Below are positions 36,096 through 47,125 of a stretch of 64,000 nucleotides of DNA, one piece after another. The notes below the pieces were generated by a model. That model saw nothing but the letters and a program-made list of their open reading frames with translations, was not told the DNA's origin and ran no database searches. Position 1 is the first letter of the stretch; each line of letters starts with the position of its first letter. A program made the position numbers and the translations under genes. Source of the stretch: an uncultured Candidatus Rokubacteria bacterium (lineage in GTDB: Bacteria; Methylomirabilota; Methylomirabilia; Rokubacteriales; DASRDR01). The stretch lies in assembly GCA_963708025.1 (NCBI GenBank), contig CAVPSB010000010.1:96001-160000 (forward strand), read 5' to 3'.

Positions 36096-38084
36096 ATGCC
36101 CCCCTTCCGCCTGATCTCCGACTATTCGCCGACCGGCGACCAGCCGCGGGCCATCCGTGAGATGACGCGGTGGGTCACGGGCGGGCGGCCCGACGTCGTC
36201 CTCCTCGGCGTGACCGGCTCCGGCAAGACCTTCACGGTGGCCTCCGTCGTCGCCGAGGTCCAGCGGCCCACGCTGGTCATCTCGCCGAACAAGACGCTGG
36301 CCGCCCAGCTCTACGGCGAGTTCAAGGCCTTCTTCCCGGAGAACGCCGTCGAGTACTTCGTCTCCTACTACGACTACTACCAGCCCGAGGCCTACATCCC
36401 GCAGACCGACACCTACATCGAGAAGGACGCCCTCATCAACGACGAGATCGACCGGATGCGCCACTCGGCCACCAAGTCGCTCTTCGAGCGGCGAGACGTG
36501 GTGATCGTCGCCTCGGTCTCGTGCATCTACGGGCTGGGGTCGCCCGAGACCTACCACAGCATGCACCTGGCGCTCGCCGAGGGCGAGGAGCGGGAGCGGG
36601 ACGACATCCTGCGCCAGTTGGTGGCGCTCCAGTACGAGCGGAACGACTACGACTTCCACCGCGGGACGTTCCGGGTGCGGGGCGACGTCGTCGAGGTCTT
36701 CCCGGCCTCCGACGACTCGGTCGCGCTCCGGGTCGAGCTGTTCGGGGACACGGTGGAGGCGATCTACCAGATCGATCCCCTGAAGGGCCAGGCGCTGGGC
36801 CGGCCCGGCCAGGCCGCCATCTACCCGGCCAGCCACTACGTGACGCCGGCCGAGCAGCTCGAGCGGGCGGTCGAGTCGATCAAGGTCGAGCTGGGCGAGC
36901 GGCTCGCGTACTTCCGGGCGCAGGGAAAGCTGCTGGAGGCGCAGCGGCTGGAGCAGCGGACACTGTTCGACCTCGAGATGCTCCGCGAGATCGGCTACTG
37001 CCACGGCATCGAGAACTACTCCCGCCACCTGGCCGGGCGGCGGGCGGGGGAGACGCCGGCCACCCTGATGGACTACTTCCCCAAGGACACCCTGGTCGTG
37101 ATCGACGAGGGCCACGTGACGGTGCCGCAGCTCCGCGGCATGTATCACGGCGACCGATCGCGGAAGGAAACGCTGGTCGAGTACGGCTTCCGGCTGCCGT
37201 CGGCGTTCGACAACCGCCCGCTCACCTTCGAGGAGTTCACCCGGATAGCGAGTCAGGTCCTCTACGTCTCGGCCACCCCGGGGGAGTACGAGCTGGCCCG
37301 GAGCGACGGGGCGGTCGTCGAGCAGATCATCCGGCCCACCGGGCTCATGGACCCCGAGATCGCGGTGCGGCCGGCCGGCGAGCAGGTGGACGACCTGCTC
37401 CACGAGATCCGCCTGCGGGCCGAGCGCGAGGAGCGGGTCCTGGTGACGACCCTCACCAAGCGGATGGCCGAGGACCTGACCGAGTATTACTTACAAATGG
37501 GGCTCCGGGTCCGCTACCTCCACTCCGACATCGACACCCTGGAGCGGGTCGAGGTGATCCGGGACCTCCGGCTCGGCAAGTTCGACGCCCTCGTCGGGAT
37601 CAACCTCCTCCGGGAGGGGCTGGACCTGCCCGAGGTCTCGCTGGTCGCGATCCTCGACGCCGACAAGGAGGGCTACCTCCGCTCCGGCACCTCGCTCATC
37701 CAGACCTCCGGCCGGGCCGCCCGGAACGTCCGGGGTCAGGTCATCATGTACGCCGACAAGATGACCGACTCGATGCGCTTCGCCCTTTCCGAGACCGAGC
37801 GGCGGCGCCGGATCCAGCAGGCCTACAACGAGGAGCACGGGATCACCCCGGAGTCCATCCGGCGGTCGATCCGGGAGGTGCTCCGCTCAGTCGAGGAGCG
37901 CGACTACTTCACGGTCGAGGTCGCGAGGCCCGAGGACCGCTTCGAGTCGGCCGAGGAGCTGGAGGCCGCGATCAAGCGGCTGGAGATTGAGATGAAGGAC
38001 GCCGCCAAGCGGCTCGACTTCGAGCGGGCGGCCGAGCTGCGGGACCGCATCCGGACCCTTCGCAAGGTGGACCTGACGGTCTAG
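36096..38084 (+). CDS. uvrB: Excinuclease ABC subunit B
   Basis: [32 protein letters not shown]-terminal FERAAELRD. Confidence 0.98.
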   Translation: MPPFRLISDYSPTGDQPRAIREMTRWVTGGRPDVVLLGVTGSGKTFTVASVVAEVQRPTLVISPNKTLAAQLYGEFKAFFPENAVEYFVSYYDYYQPEAYIPQTDTYIEKDALINDEIDRMRHSATKSLFERRDVVIVASVSCIYGLGSPETYHSMHLALAEGEERERDDILRQLVALQYERNDYDFHRGTFRVRGDVVEVFPASDDSVALRVELFGDTVEAIYQIDPLKGQALGRPGQAAIYPASHYVTPAEQLERAVESIKVELGERLAYFRAQGKLLEAQRLEQRTLFDLEMLREIGYCHGIENYSRHLAGRRAGETPATLMDYFPKDTLVVIDEGHVTVPQLRGMYHGDRSRKETLVEYGFRLPSAFDNRPLTFEEFTRIASQVLYVSATPGEYELARSDGAVVEQIIRPTGLMDPEIAVRPAGEQVDDLLHEIRLRAEREERVLVTTLTKRMAEDLTEYYLQMGLRVRYLHSDIDTLERVEVIRDLRLGKFDALVGINLLREGLDLPEVSLVAILDADKEGYLRSGTSLIQTSGRAARNVRGQVIMYADKMTDSMRFALSETERRRRIQQAYNEEHGITPESIRRSIREVLRSVEERDYFTVEVARPEDRFESAEELEAAIKRLEIEMKDAAKRLDFERAAELRDRIRTLRKVDLTV

Positions 38085-38217
38085 CGGGCGGGGCCGATGA
38101 GCGTCGCATCGCGTCGTCCGTCCGACGGCCTTCGGCCTTTGGGCGCTGCTCGCTCCTCGGCCCCGCCCCCGAGAGCTTGACTCATCTACCATGACTTTGG
38201 CGCGTCACGGAACCTAG
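38081..38217 (+). mobile_element. Family A element, copy 4 (CTAG...CTAG)
   Basis: Begins at the uvrB TAG; inverted ends gggcggggccgatgagcg / cgctcctcggccccgccc, then tail ending CTAG at 38214-38217. Confidence 0.88.
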
Positions 38218-38262
38218 GCCGGCGCGTTTGCCCCGCCGGCGCGCCGGGGCATAGAATCGGGC

Positions 38263-40143
38263 GTGGCCTCCGACGCGCTGACCGAGAAGCTCGAGCGCCT
38301 CCCCGACCGGTCCGGCGTCTACCTCTACAAGGACGCCAAGGGCCAGGTCATCTACGTAGGCAAGGCAGCATCGTTAAGGTCCAGGATTCGCTCGTATTTC
38401 CAGGCATCTCGAGCCCGCGACGCCAAGACCGACGCCCTGGTCGATCAGATCGCCGACCTCGAGTTCATCGTCACCGGCAACGAGCTGGAGGCGTTGATCC
38501 TCGAGTCGAACCTGGTCAAGCGCCACCGCCCGCGCTACAACATCATCCTCCGGGACGACAAGCACTACCCGTTCCTCAAGCTGACCACCAACGAGGAGTT
38601 CCCCCGACTGGTCGTCGCCCGGCGGATCGCCAAGGACGGCGCGACCTACTACGGGCCCTTCTACCCGGCGACCGCGCTCCGCGAGACGCTCCGGCTGGTG
38701 CGCCAGCTCCTGCCGCTGCGGACGTGCTCCATCAAGATCGACGGGACCGCCGAGCGGCCCTGCCTCCAGTACTACATCCACCGCTGCCACGCCCCGTGCA
38801 CGGGCTGGGAGACGCGGACGGGCTACGCCAAGACCGTCGAGGACGTCCAGGCGTTCCTGGAGGGCCGGGAGGACGACCTCGCCCGGCGGCTCACCCGGGA
38901 CATGGAGGCGGCGGCCGGCGAGGAGAAGTACGAGCGGGCGGCTATTCTACGAGACCAGATCCAGTCCCTCAACAAGGTCCGGGAGTCGCAGAAGATCATC
39001 TCGATCGAGCAGGAGGACCAGGATCTGATCGGGCTGGCCCGCCAGGGATCGGAGGCCTGCGTCCAGATCTTCTTCGTGCGCAAGGGCCGGCTCCTCGGCC
39101 GGGAGTCCTTCTTCTTCGACCGGCTGCTCGGCGCCTCCGACGGCGAGGTCCTGTCGGCGTTCGTCCGCCAGTTCTACGTGAAGAACGTCGCCCCGCCCCG
39201 GGAGATCCTGCTCTCTACCGACGTCCCCGAGGCGGAGCTGACCGCGGAGTGGCTCGGCCAGCGCCGCGGCGGGCGGGTGGAGCTGGCGGTGCCCCAGCGG
39301 GGCCGGAAGCGCGAGCTGGTGGCGATGGCGGAGGAGAACGCCGCCCTCGCGCTCCAGACGCACCTGCTCTCCCGGGACAGCCGGCGGCAGGTCGTCATGG
39401 AGGACCTCCAGCGGAGTCTCAACCTGCCCGGGCTGCCTCACCGGATCGAGGGGTTCGACATCTCGAACATCCAGGGTACGGAAGCGGTCGGCTCCATGGT
39501 GGTATGGGAGGCCGGCGGCATGAAGAAGGACGACTACAAGCGCTTCCGCATCCGGACCGTCCCCGGCGCCGACGACTACGCCATGATGGCCGAGGTGCTC
39601 CGCCGCCGGTACGGCAAGGCGCTGGAGGAAGGCGGCATGCTCCCTGACCTCGTGATGCTCGACGGGGGCCGCGGCCAGCTCAACGTGGGGCTGCGGGTGC
39701 TCGAGGAGCTGGGCCTGGATTTCGTGCCCATCGTGTCGCTGGCCAAGCGGGAGGAGGAGGTCTACCATCCGGAGAGCCTGCACCCGCTCGTGCTCGACCC
39801 GGCCTCGCCGGCGCTCCACACGCTCCAGAAGATCCGCGACGAGGCGCACCGGTTCGCCATCACCTACCACAAGAACCTCCGCCAGAAGCGGACGCTCACC
39901 TCGGTGCTGGACCAGATCCCCGGGATCGGGCCGACGCTCCGGACGAGCCTGCTCCGGCACCTCGGCTCGGCCCGCAAGGTGCGCGAGGCGTCGGTGGCCG
40001 AGCTGGCGGCGGTGCCGAAGATCACCCCGAAGCTCGCCCAGCGGATCCACGAGTTCTTTCACCCGAAGCTCGCCGAGACACCGGTCCAGGTCGAGGAGAC
40101 GACGGTGGGCCAGGAGCCGGCCACGTCGTCGTCCGAAACCTGA
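38263..40143 (+). CDS. uvrC: Excinuclease ABC subunit C
   Basis: GVY/IYVGKA GIY-YIG domain, RIEGFDIS, DGGRGQ, RDEAHRFA, HhH. Confidence 0.98.
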   Translation: MASDALTEKLERLPDRSGVYLYKDAKGQVIYVGKAASLRSRIRSYFQASRARDAKTDALVDQIADLEFIVTGNELEALILESNLVKRHRPRYNIILRDDKHYPFLKLTTNEEFPRLVVARRIAKDGATYYGPFYPATALRETLRLVRQLLPLRTCSIKIDGTAERPCLQYYIHRCHAPCTGWETRTGYAKTVEDVQAFLEGREDDLARRLTRDMEAAAGEEKYERAAILRDQIQSLNKVRESQKIISIEQEDQDLIGLARQGSEACVQIFFVRKGRLLGRESFFFDRLLGASDGEVLSAFVRQFYVKNVAPPREILLSTDVPEAELTAEWLGQRRGGRVELAVPQRGRKRELVAMAEENAALALQTHLLSRDSRRQVVMEDLQRSLNLPGLPHRIEGFDISNIQGTEAVGSMVVWEAGGMKKDDYKRFRIRTVPGADDYAMMAEVLRRRYGKALEEGGMLPDLVMLDGGRGQLNVGLRVLEELGLDFVPIVSLAKREEEVYHPESLHPLVLDPASPALHTLQKIRDEAHRFAITYHKNLRQKRTLTSVLDQIPGIGPTLRTSLLRHLGSARKVREASVAELAAVPKITPKLAQRIHEFFHPKLAETPVQVEETTVGQEPATSSSET

Positions 40144-40230
40144 CGCTCCGGAACGGCCCCCGAACCTTGCGTCGGGGCGCGATCTCTGCTAAAAATCGAC
40201 GGGAATCCACCGAGGAGGTGCCCCCGGTCC

Positions 40231-42723
40231 GTGGGCCTGGAAGGACGCGACGCGTATCCGTTCGAGGAGATCGACGCCCGGTGGCAGCGCCGGTGGGAAG
40301 AGACCGGCCTGTTCCGGGTGCGGGAGGCGGCCGGCAAGCCCAAGTACTACTGCCTGGAGATGTTCCCGTACCCCTCCGGCCGCATCCACATGGGCCACGT
40401 CCGCAACTACGCCATCGGCGACGCGGTGAGCCGCTACAAGCGGATGCGCGGGTACAACGTGCTCTACCCGATGGGCTGGGACGCCTTCGGCCTCCCGGCC
40501 GAGAACGCCGCCATCGACCACGGCGTCCACCCGGCCGTCTGGACCCACGAGAACATCGAGGCCATGAAGGCTCAGATGAAGAAGCTCGGGATCTCGTACG
40601 ACTGGGAGCGCGAGGTCACCACCTGCGAGCCCGATTACTACCGCTGGGAGCAGCTCGTCTTCATCCGGATGTTCGAGCGGGGTCTGGCCTACCGGAAGGC
40701 GGCGACGGTGAACTGGTGCCCTTCCTGCCAGACGGTCCTGGCCAACGAGCAGGTCGAGGCGGGGCGCTGCTGGCGGTGCGATTCCGAGGTCAGCCCCCGG
40801 CAGATCGAGGGGTGGTACTTCAAGATCACCGCGTACGCCGAGGAGCTGCTCGAGTGGTGTGACCGCCTCGTCGGCTGGCCGGAGCGCGTCCTCACCATGC
40901 AGCGGAACTGGATCGGCCGGAGCGAGGGGGCCGAGTTCGACCTGCCGGTGGTCGGCTCCGACCTGCGCATCCGGGTCTTCACGACCCGCCCCGACACGTC
41001 CTTCGGGATGACCTATGCGGTCCTGGCACCGGAGCACCCCCTGGTGGACCGGCTCGTCACCGACGAGACGGAGCGGCGTGCCGTCGCCGCGTTCCGGGCG
41101 GAGGTGGCCCGGGAGAGCGAGATCGAGCGGCTGGCGGCGGATCGCCCGAAGCGCGGCTTCCGCCTGACGGCTCGGGCGGTGAACCCGTTCAGCGGCGCCG
41201 AGATCCCGCTGTTCCTGGCCGACTACGTCCTCATGGGCTACGGGACCGGGGCGATCATGGCGGTCCCCGGCGAAGATCAGCGGGACTGGGACTTCGCGAA
41301 GGCCCACGGCCTCCCGATCATCGAGACGGTGCGGCGCCCGGCCGGCTGGACCGGGGAGGCCTACACGGGCGACGGGGTGAAGATCAACTCGGGCTTCCTC
41401 GACGGCCTGCCCGTCGCCGAGGCCAAGCGGAAGGCGATCGACTGGCTGGTCCAGCAGGGGATCGGGGAGGCCAAGATCAACTACCGCCTCCGGGACTGGG
41501 GCATCAGCCGCCAGCGTTACTGGGGGGCGCCGATCCCCATCGTGTACTGTCCCACCTGCGGGACGGTCCCCGAGAAGCCGGAGAACCTCCCGATCGTCCT
41601 CCCGCAGAACGTCCAGATCACCGGCAAGGGCGGGTCCCCCCTGGCCGACGTCCCGTTGTTCGTGAACGCCCCGTGTCCGCGCTGCGGCGGGCCGGGTCGG
41701 CGCGAGACGGACACGATGGACACGTTCGTCGAGTCCTCGTGGTACTTCCTGCGGTACTGCTCGCCGAAGTTCACCGGGGGAATGGCCGACCCGGCGGCCG
41801 TTCACTACTGGATGCCGGTGGACCAGTACATCGGCGGCATCGAGCACGCGATCCTCCATCTGCTCTACGCGCGCTTCTACACCAAGGTGGTGCGCGATCT
41901 GGGCCTCTTCAAGGTGGACGAGCCCTTCCTGCGGCTCTTCACGCAGGGCATGGTCATCAAGGACGGCGCCAAGATGTCCAAGTCCAAGGGCAACGTGGTG
42001 AGCCCGGACGACTTCATCGCCAACTATGGGGCGGACACGGCGCGCGTCTTCGAGCTCTTCGCCGCACCCCCGGAAAAGGACCTGGAGTGGAGCGACCAGG
42101 GCGTGGAGGGCGCCTTCCGCTTCCTCAACCGCGTGTGGCGCTTCGTCCAGGCGCAGCGGGAGGCCCTCGGCCGGCCGGGCGACCGGCCGGCGGCCGGGCT
42201 GTCCGACGCCGGGCGCGCCTTCCGCCGGGTGATCCACGAGACGATCCAGCGGGTCACCACCGACATCGAGGAGTTCCACTTCAACACGGCGATCAGCGCC
42301 ATCCACGAGCTGGTGAACGCCATGCACGCGTTTGCCGGGGAGTCGCTCGACCGCATGAGTCAGGAAGAGCGGCGATACCTCCTCGGCGAGGCGGTGCAGA
42401 CCCTGCTCCTGCTGCTGGCGCCGTTCGCGCCCCACCTCGTGGAGGAGCTGTGGTCGCAGCTCGGTCACCCGGACAGCATCTTCCGGGAGTCGTGGCCAAC
42501 AGCCGACCCGGCTGCGCTCGAGAAGGAGGCGGTCCTCGTCGTCGTCCAGGTCGACGGCCGGGTCCGCTCGCGGCTGGCGGTGCCGCCCGGCACCGCCGAC
42601 GAGGCGCTGCGGGCCCGGGCGCTCGCCGACGCCAAGGTGCGCCCGTGGCTCGAGACGCGGGACGTCGAGCGGGTGGTCGTGGTCCCGGGGAGGCTGGTGA
42701 ACATCGTGACCAGAGCATCATGA
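40231..42723 (+). CDS. leuS: Leucine--tRNA ligase
   Basis: MFPYPSG.IHMGH, FTTRPDT, KMSKSKGN. Confidence 0.98.
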   Translation: MGLEGRDAYPFEEIDARWQRRWEETGLFRVREAAGKPKYYCLEMFPYPSGRIHMGHVRNYAIGDAVSRYKRMRGYNVLYPMGWDAFGLPAENAAIDHGVHPAVWTHENIEAMKAQMKKLGISYDWEREVTTCEPDYYRWEQLVFIRMFERGLAYRKAATVNWCPSCQTVLANEQVEAGRCWRCDSEVSPRQIEGWYFKITAYAEELLEWCDRLVGWPERVLTMQRNWIGRSEGAEFDLPVVGSDLRIRVFTTRPDTSFGMTYAVLAPEHPLVDRLVTDETERRAVAAFRAEVARESEIERLAADRPKRGFRLTARAVNPFSGAEIPLFLADYVLMGYGTGAIMAVPGEDQRDWDFAKAHGLPIIETVRRPAGWTGEAYTGDGVKINSGFLDGLPVAEAKRKAIDWLVQQGIGEAKINYRLRDWGISRQRYWGAPIPIVYCPTCGTVPEKPENLPIVLPQNVQITGKGGSPLADVPLFVNAPCPRCGGPGRRETDTMDTFVESSWYFLRYCSPKFTGGMADPAAVHYWMPVDQYIGGIEHAILHLLYARFYTKVVRDLGLFKVDEPFLRLFTQGMVIKDGAKMSKSKGNVVSPDDFIANYGADTARVFELFAAPPEKDLEWSDQGVEGAFRFLNRVWRFVQAQREALGRPGDRPAAGLSDAGRAFRRVIHETIQRVTTDIEEFHFNTAISAIHELVNAMHAFAGESLDRMSQEERRYLLGEAVQTLLLLLAPFAPHLVEELWSQLGHPDSIFRESWPTADPAALEKEAVLVVVQVDGRVRSRLAVPPGTADEALRARALADAKVRPWLETRDVERVVVVPGRLVNIVTRAS

Positions 42724-43232
42724 CGTACCGGAGCGGTCTCGCCGTCATCCTCGCCCTGGTGGTCGTGGCCGGCGGCTGCGGCTACTCGCTCCGGCCGAGT
42801 CTCCCGGGCAACATCAAGACGGTTCACATCCCGACCCTCCAGAACCGGACGCAGGAGCCTGGCATCGAGGACTTCGTCACCCAGGCCCTGACCACCGCCC
42901 TGGTGACGAGCGGCGTCGCCCGGATCGCCCAGAACGCCGAGCAGGCGGACGCGATCCTCGGCGGCGCCATCGTCGAGTACACGCTCACCGCGCTCGCCTT
43001 CGACCGGACGGCGAACGTCACCCAGTATCGCCTCCAGATCGGGCTGGCGCTGACGCTCAAGGACCGCCGCAGCGGCGACGTCGTCTGGAAGCAGGACCGG
43101 ATCGGCGACCGGGCCGACTTCCCGGTGGCAGGCCAGGTGAGCACGACCATCGCCCTCGAGCAGGACGCCGTGCGCCGCGCCGCCGTCAACATCAGCCGGG
43201 CCATCATCAGCCTGGCCTTCGAAGGGTTCTGA
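42720..43232 (+). CDS. lptE: LptE family lipoprotein
   Basis: ATGA overlap with leuS; lipobox AGGCGY; leuS-lptE-holA synteny. Confidence 0.82.
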   Translation: MTYRSGLAVILALVVVAGGCGYSLRPSLPGNIKTVHIPTLQNRTQEPGIEDFVTQALTTALVTSGVARIAQNAEQADAILGGAIVEYTLTALAFDRTANVTQYRLQIGLALTLKDRRSGDVVWKQDRIGDRADFPVAGQVSTTIALEQDAVRRAAVNISRAIISLAFEGF

Positions 43233-43234
43233 GA

Positions 43235-43597
43235 CTGGGCGCCGTGCCGATAACCTTCGCGACCTTCATCTCGGCCGTGACGCGCTCGGCCTGCGTCGAT
43301 CGGACGGCCTTCGGCCTGGGGGCGTCCGTCCCGGCCTATGGTCGTCCTCGGTTTCGGTCGGGACGCGCTCGGCCTGCGTCGATCGGACGGCCTTCGGCCT
43401 GGGGGCGTCCGTCCCGACCTCTGGGGTCGTCGGCGGGCCTCCCAGAAGGGAGCGACGTCCCGAGGGCCGCAGGTCCGAGGCGTCGCGACCAGATGGCCAA
43501 TCGCGGTATACGCCTCGGCCCGCCTCTTCCCTGCGTCGTTTGGACGGCCTTCGGCCTGCGGGGGCTGCTCGGTTCTCGGCCCGGCGCGGAGTTCTAG
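43235..43597 (+). mobile_element. Family A element, copy 5, with a tandemly duplicated internal module
   Basis: gacgcgctcggcctgcgtcgatcggacggccttcggcctgggggcgtccgtcccg occurs twice (from about 43279 and 43362); ends CTAG at 43594-43597. Confidence 0.85.
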
Positions 43598-43598
43598 G

Positions 43599-44618
43599 CT
43601 GGAGGCTGCTGCTCTCCTCCGCGATCTCGCCGCCGGCCGGATCCCCCGCCTCCTCCTCATCCACGGAGCCGAGCCTCTCCTCGTTGACGAGCTGACCGGC
43701 GAGCTCGCCGCGGCCATCTTCGCCGACCCTGCCGCCGCCGCCTGGAACCGGGAAGTCCTCCACGCCGACACGGTGACGCCGGATGCCCTGGTGACGGCCG
43801 GCCTGGGACTCGCGCTCTTCGGCCAGCGCCGGCTGGTCCTGGTGCGCGGCCTCAACGAGGCGCCGGCGAAGGCGCTCGACCGGATTCGGGACGCGATCGA
43901 GGGCGCGCGGGCCCGGCCCGGCGGCTGGCCGGCGGAGGGCACGACGGTGGCGCTGTTGGCGGTCGGGACGGAGAGGAAGAGCCCAGCCCTCCGTGTGCTG
44001 CCGCCGGCGGATCAGCTGGAGGTGAAGGCCCCGCCGGGTCGGGGGGTGCCGGGCTGGCTGCGGGGCCGGGCGCGCGCGGCCGGCCTCGACCTGGCGCCGG
44101 CCGCGGCCGAGGCGCTCGTCGAGCTGGTGGGAGAGGACCTGAGCCGCCTGGCCGGCGAGTTGGAGAAAGCCGCCGTCTTCGTCGGCTCCGACGGGCGGGT
44201 CACCGTCGAGGTCGTGCGGGCGCTGGCCGGGGAGAGCCGGGTCCGGCGCTACTGGGAGCTGGCTCAGGCGCTGGAGGAGGCGGACCGCGCCAAGGCGCTC
44301 TCTGTGCTGGCCGAGTTACTGGACGCGGGCGAGGAGCCCACGGTGCTGCTCGGACAGATCGTCGGTCACCTGCGCGACGTCTGGCGGGTCAAGTCGGCGC
44401 TCGCCGAGGGCCGGGACCCGCGCGACAGCACCCCGCTGCGACGCGGCCGGCCCGCGTTCGCGCTGGAGCGGGTGATGGCGCGGGAAGAGGCGGTGGCCGG
44501 CGAGGACCTGGCGGCGGGCCTCCGGCGCTGCTTCGACGTCGAGGTCCGGCTGAAGTCGCGCGGCGGGCAGGCCGCGGCCCTGCTCACGGTCCTCGTCGCG
44601 GAGCTGGCCCGGGCCTGA
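43599..44618 (+). CDS. holA: DNA polymerase III delta subunit; probable CTG start at 43599, or ATG 43338 inside the repeat
   Basis: LLIHGAE, LFGQRRLVLVR, ELEK motifs; position between lptE and rpsT. Confidence 0.85.
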   Translation: MEAAALLRDLAAGRIPRLLLIHGAEPLLVDELTGELAAAIFADPAAAAWNREVLHADTVTPDALVTAGLGLALFGQRRLVLVRGLNEAPAKALDRIRDAIEGARARPGGWPAEGTTVALLAVGTERKSPALRVLPPADQLEVKAPPGRGVPGWLRGRARAAGLDLAPAAAEALVELVGEDLSRLAGELEKAAVFVGSDGRVTVEVVRALAGESRVRRYWELAQALEEADRAKALSVLAELLDAGEEPTVLLGQIVGHLRDVWRVKSALAEGRDPRDSTPLRRGRPAFALERVMAREEAVAGEDLAAGLRRCFDVEVRLKSRGGQAAALLTVLVAELARA

Positions 44619-44633
44619 CGATCCTCTGGTCGC

Positions 44634-44915
44634 TCAGGAAGCGGCGGGAGCGGCGGCGAGGGCGTTGAGCTGGCGAGCCAGGCGGGACTTCTTGCGCGCC
44701 GCCGTGTTCTTGTGGACGACCCCCTTGGTGACGGCCTTGTCGAGCAGGCGGATCGCCCGGGCGAGGCTCGTCCGCGCTTCCTCGACAGTCGAGGCCGCGA
44801 TGGCGGCGCGGGTCCCCTTCACGGCGGTCCGGACGGTGGATCGGACCGCGGCGTTGCGGACGCGACGCTTCTCGCTCTGGCGCATTCGCTTGAGAGCCGA
44901 TCGGGTGTTAGCCAT
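44634..44915 (-). CDS. rpsT: 30S ribosomal protein S20
   Basis: MANTRSALKR...KGVVHKNTAARKKSRL; upstream TTGACA-N17-TAGAGT on minus strand. Confidence 0.97.
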   Translation of the reverse strand: MANTRSALKRMRQSEKRRVRNAAVRSTVRTAVKGTRAAIAASTVEEARTSLARAIRLLDKAVTKGVVHKNTAARKKSRLARQLNALAAAPAAS

Positions 44916-44987
44916 CGGATCACCTCCTCCTGATCAGATCGGTCGGTCGGTTGACGCAACCTCGGACTCTATCGTGGGGGCGCCTGG

Positions 44988-46604
44988 GTGTCAAGCGACG
45001 CCGAGCGCCTGACCGAGGCGGTGACCGTCCCGCCGGGGACGGGCGCCCACGGCGGCGTCGTCCGGGCGGCCGCCGTGGTCGGCGCCGCCACCCTGGCCAG
45101 CCGGGTCCTCGGCTTCCTCCGCGATCTGGTGGTGGCCCAGGTCTTCGGGGCCGGTCCCGCCACCGACGCCTTCTTCGTGGCGTTCCGGCTGCCGAACCTC
45201 CTGCGCCGGCTGGTGGGCGAGGGCGCGCTCTCCTCCGCGTTCATCCCGGTCTTCACCGACTACCTCACCACGCGGCCGCGGGCCGAGCTGATCCGCATGT
45301 TCCGCGCGGTCTCCGGCGGCATGGTGGTGATCCTGGCTGGGCTGACCCTCGCCGGCGTCATCGGGGCGCCGCTCCTCGTGCGGGTGATGGCACCGGGATT
45401 CTTCGCCGACCCGACGAGGGGGCTCTTGACCGTCCAGCTGACGCGCCTGATGTTCCCGTATCTCTTCTTCGTGGGGCTGGGTGCCCTGGCCATGGGCATG
45501 CTGAACGCCCACCGGCACTTCGTCACGCCGGCCCTGGCGCCGGTCATGCTGAACCTGGCGATGATCGGCGCCGTCCTCGGCGTCGCGCCGCACCTGCGGG
45601 AGCCGGTGTTCGGGCTCGCGATCGGCGTCCTGGTGGGAGGGGTCGGCCAGCTCGTGATCCAGCTCCCGGCCCTCGCCCGGCGCGGGCTCCTGGTCGCGCC
45701 CACCCTCGATCGCCACCACCCCGCCGTCCGACGGATCGTTCGCCTGATGACGCCGGTCGCGCTCGGGCAGTCGGCCACCCAGCTCAACATCCTGGTTGAC
45801 ACCATCATCGCCTCGTTCCTGGTCGGGGGCAGCGTCTCCTACCTCTACTACGCGGACCGGCTCGTCGAGTTCCCGCTGGGCGTGTTCGGGATCGCCATCG
45901 CGACGGCCGTCCTGCCGACCTTGTCGGAGCAGGCCGCGACGGGAAACCCGGCGGCGCTGCGGGCCACGCAATCGTTCGCGCTGCGGCTGGCCGCCTTCAT
46001 CAGCCTGCCGGCCGCCGTCGGCCTCTTCGTCCTGCGGGAGCCGATGGTCCGGGTGCTCTACCAGCGCGGCGAGTTCGGACCGGTCGAGACCGCCCAGACG
46101 GCGTGGGCGCTCGGCTTCTACGCGCTCGGCCTGGTCGGCTTCGCCAGCGTGAAGATCGGCGCCCAGGCCTTTTACGCGGTTGGGGACACCCGCACCCCGG
46201 TCAAGGTCGCGGTGGGCGCGATGGCGCTCAACAGCGTGCTGGCGGTCTCACTGGCGTTCCCGCTCCGGCACGGCGGGCTCGCGCTCGCCACCGCCTGCTC
46301 GGCCACCGCGAACTCGCTGGCTCTCGCGTGGCTCCTGCGCCGCCGGCTCGGCGCCGCCGGCGCGGCGGCCGTCCCAGGCGCGCGGGCGGCATGGGCCCGG
46401 ATCGTCGGCGCCTCCGGTGCGCTGGCCGTCGCCCTCGAGGTGGCGGCGTGGCTCCGTCCCCCGCCGGTCGGCCGCGCGGCCGAAGTCCTGTGGCTCGCTG
46501 GCATGGTCGGGGGCGGGGCCCTCCTGTACGTGGCCACGCACGCCGCGCTCCGCTCCGACGAGGTCGCGTACGCGCGTCGCGCGCTGCGCCGTCGCCTCGG
46601 TTGA
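44988..46604 (+). CDS. murJ: Lipid II flippase
   Basis: SRVLGFLRD, AFRLPNLLRRLVGEGA, YYADRLVEFPLG. Confidence 0.95.
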   Translation: MSSDAERLTEAVTVPPGTGAHGGVVRAAAVVGAATLASRVLGFLRDLVVAQVFGAGPATDAFFVAFRLPNLLRRLVGEGALSSAFIPVFTDYLTTRPRAELIRMFRAVSGGMVVILAGLTLAGVIGAPLLVRVMAPGFFADPTRGLLTVQLTRLMFPYLFFVGLGALAMGMLNAHRHFVTPALAPVMLNLAMIGAVLGVAPHLREPVFGLAIGVLVGGVGQLVIQLPALARRGLLVAPTLDRHHPAVRRIVRLMTPVALGQSATQLNILVDTIIASFLVGGSVSYLYYADRLVEFPLGVFGIAIATAVLPTLSEQAATGNPAALRATQSFALRLAAFISLPAAVGLFVLREPMVRVLYQRGEFGPVETAQTAWALGFYALGLVGFASVKIGAQAFYAVGDTRTPVKVAVGAMALNSVLAVSLAFPLRHGGLALATACSATANSLALAWLLRRRLGAAGAAAVPGARAAWARIVGASGALAVALEVAAWLRPPPVGRAAEVLWLAGMVGGGALLYVATHAALRSDEVAYARRALRRRLG

Positions 46605-46675
46605 TCACGCAGTGGCCGCCGGGTTGCTTGCCTTGAGCCGCGAGCGGTTGGTATACTGCGCGGGTAAGGGAACCC

Positions 46676-47125
46676 ATGCGGGCCCTGCTCCAGCGGGTGA
46701 TCGAAGCCTCGGTCGAGGCCGATGATCGGGTGATCGGCAGAATCGACCGGGGGGTGGTCACCCTGCTCGGGGTTGCGGACGGCGACGGACCGTCGGACAG
46801 CCGGTACCTCTCCGAGAAGATCCTCAACCTCCGCATCTTCGACGACGACCACGGCAAGCTGAACCACTCGCTGGTGACGACGGGCGGGGCCTGCCTGCTC
46901 GTCTCGCAGTTCACTCTGCTCGCGAACACGGGTCGCGGCCGCCGGCCAGACTTCCTGGGCGCCGCCCGGCACGAGGTCGCAGAGCCGCTGGTGCGCGACA
47001 TGGCGGTGCGACTGCGCGAGGGCGGGGTGCCGGTGGTGGAGGGCCGATTCGGGGCCCGGATGATCGTGCGCCTCGCGAACGACGGGCCGGTGACGATCTG
47101 GCTCGATTCGCGCGAGCGGGCATGA
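46676..47125 (+). CDS. dtd: D-aminoacyl-tRNA deacylase
   Basis: MRALLQRV, SQFTL, GRRP, NDGPVT. Confidence 0.95.
   Translation: MRALLQRVIEASVEADDRVIGRIDRGVVTLLGVADGDGPSDSRYLSEKILNLRIFDDDHGKLNHSLVTTGGACLLVSQFTLLANTGRGRRPDFLGAARHEVAEPLVRDMAVRLREGGVPVVEGRFGARMIVRLANDGPVTIWLDSRERA

Noticed and set aside
43279-43420. Tandem direct repeats as a possible CRISPR array
   Set aside because: Only two units, part of a dispersed repeat family, no series of unique spacers and no cas genes.
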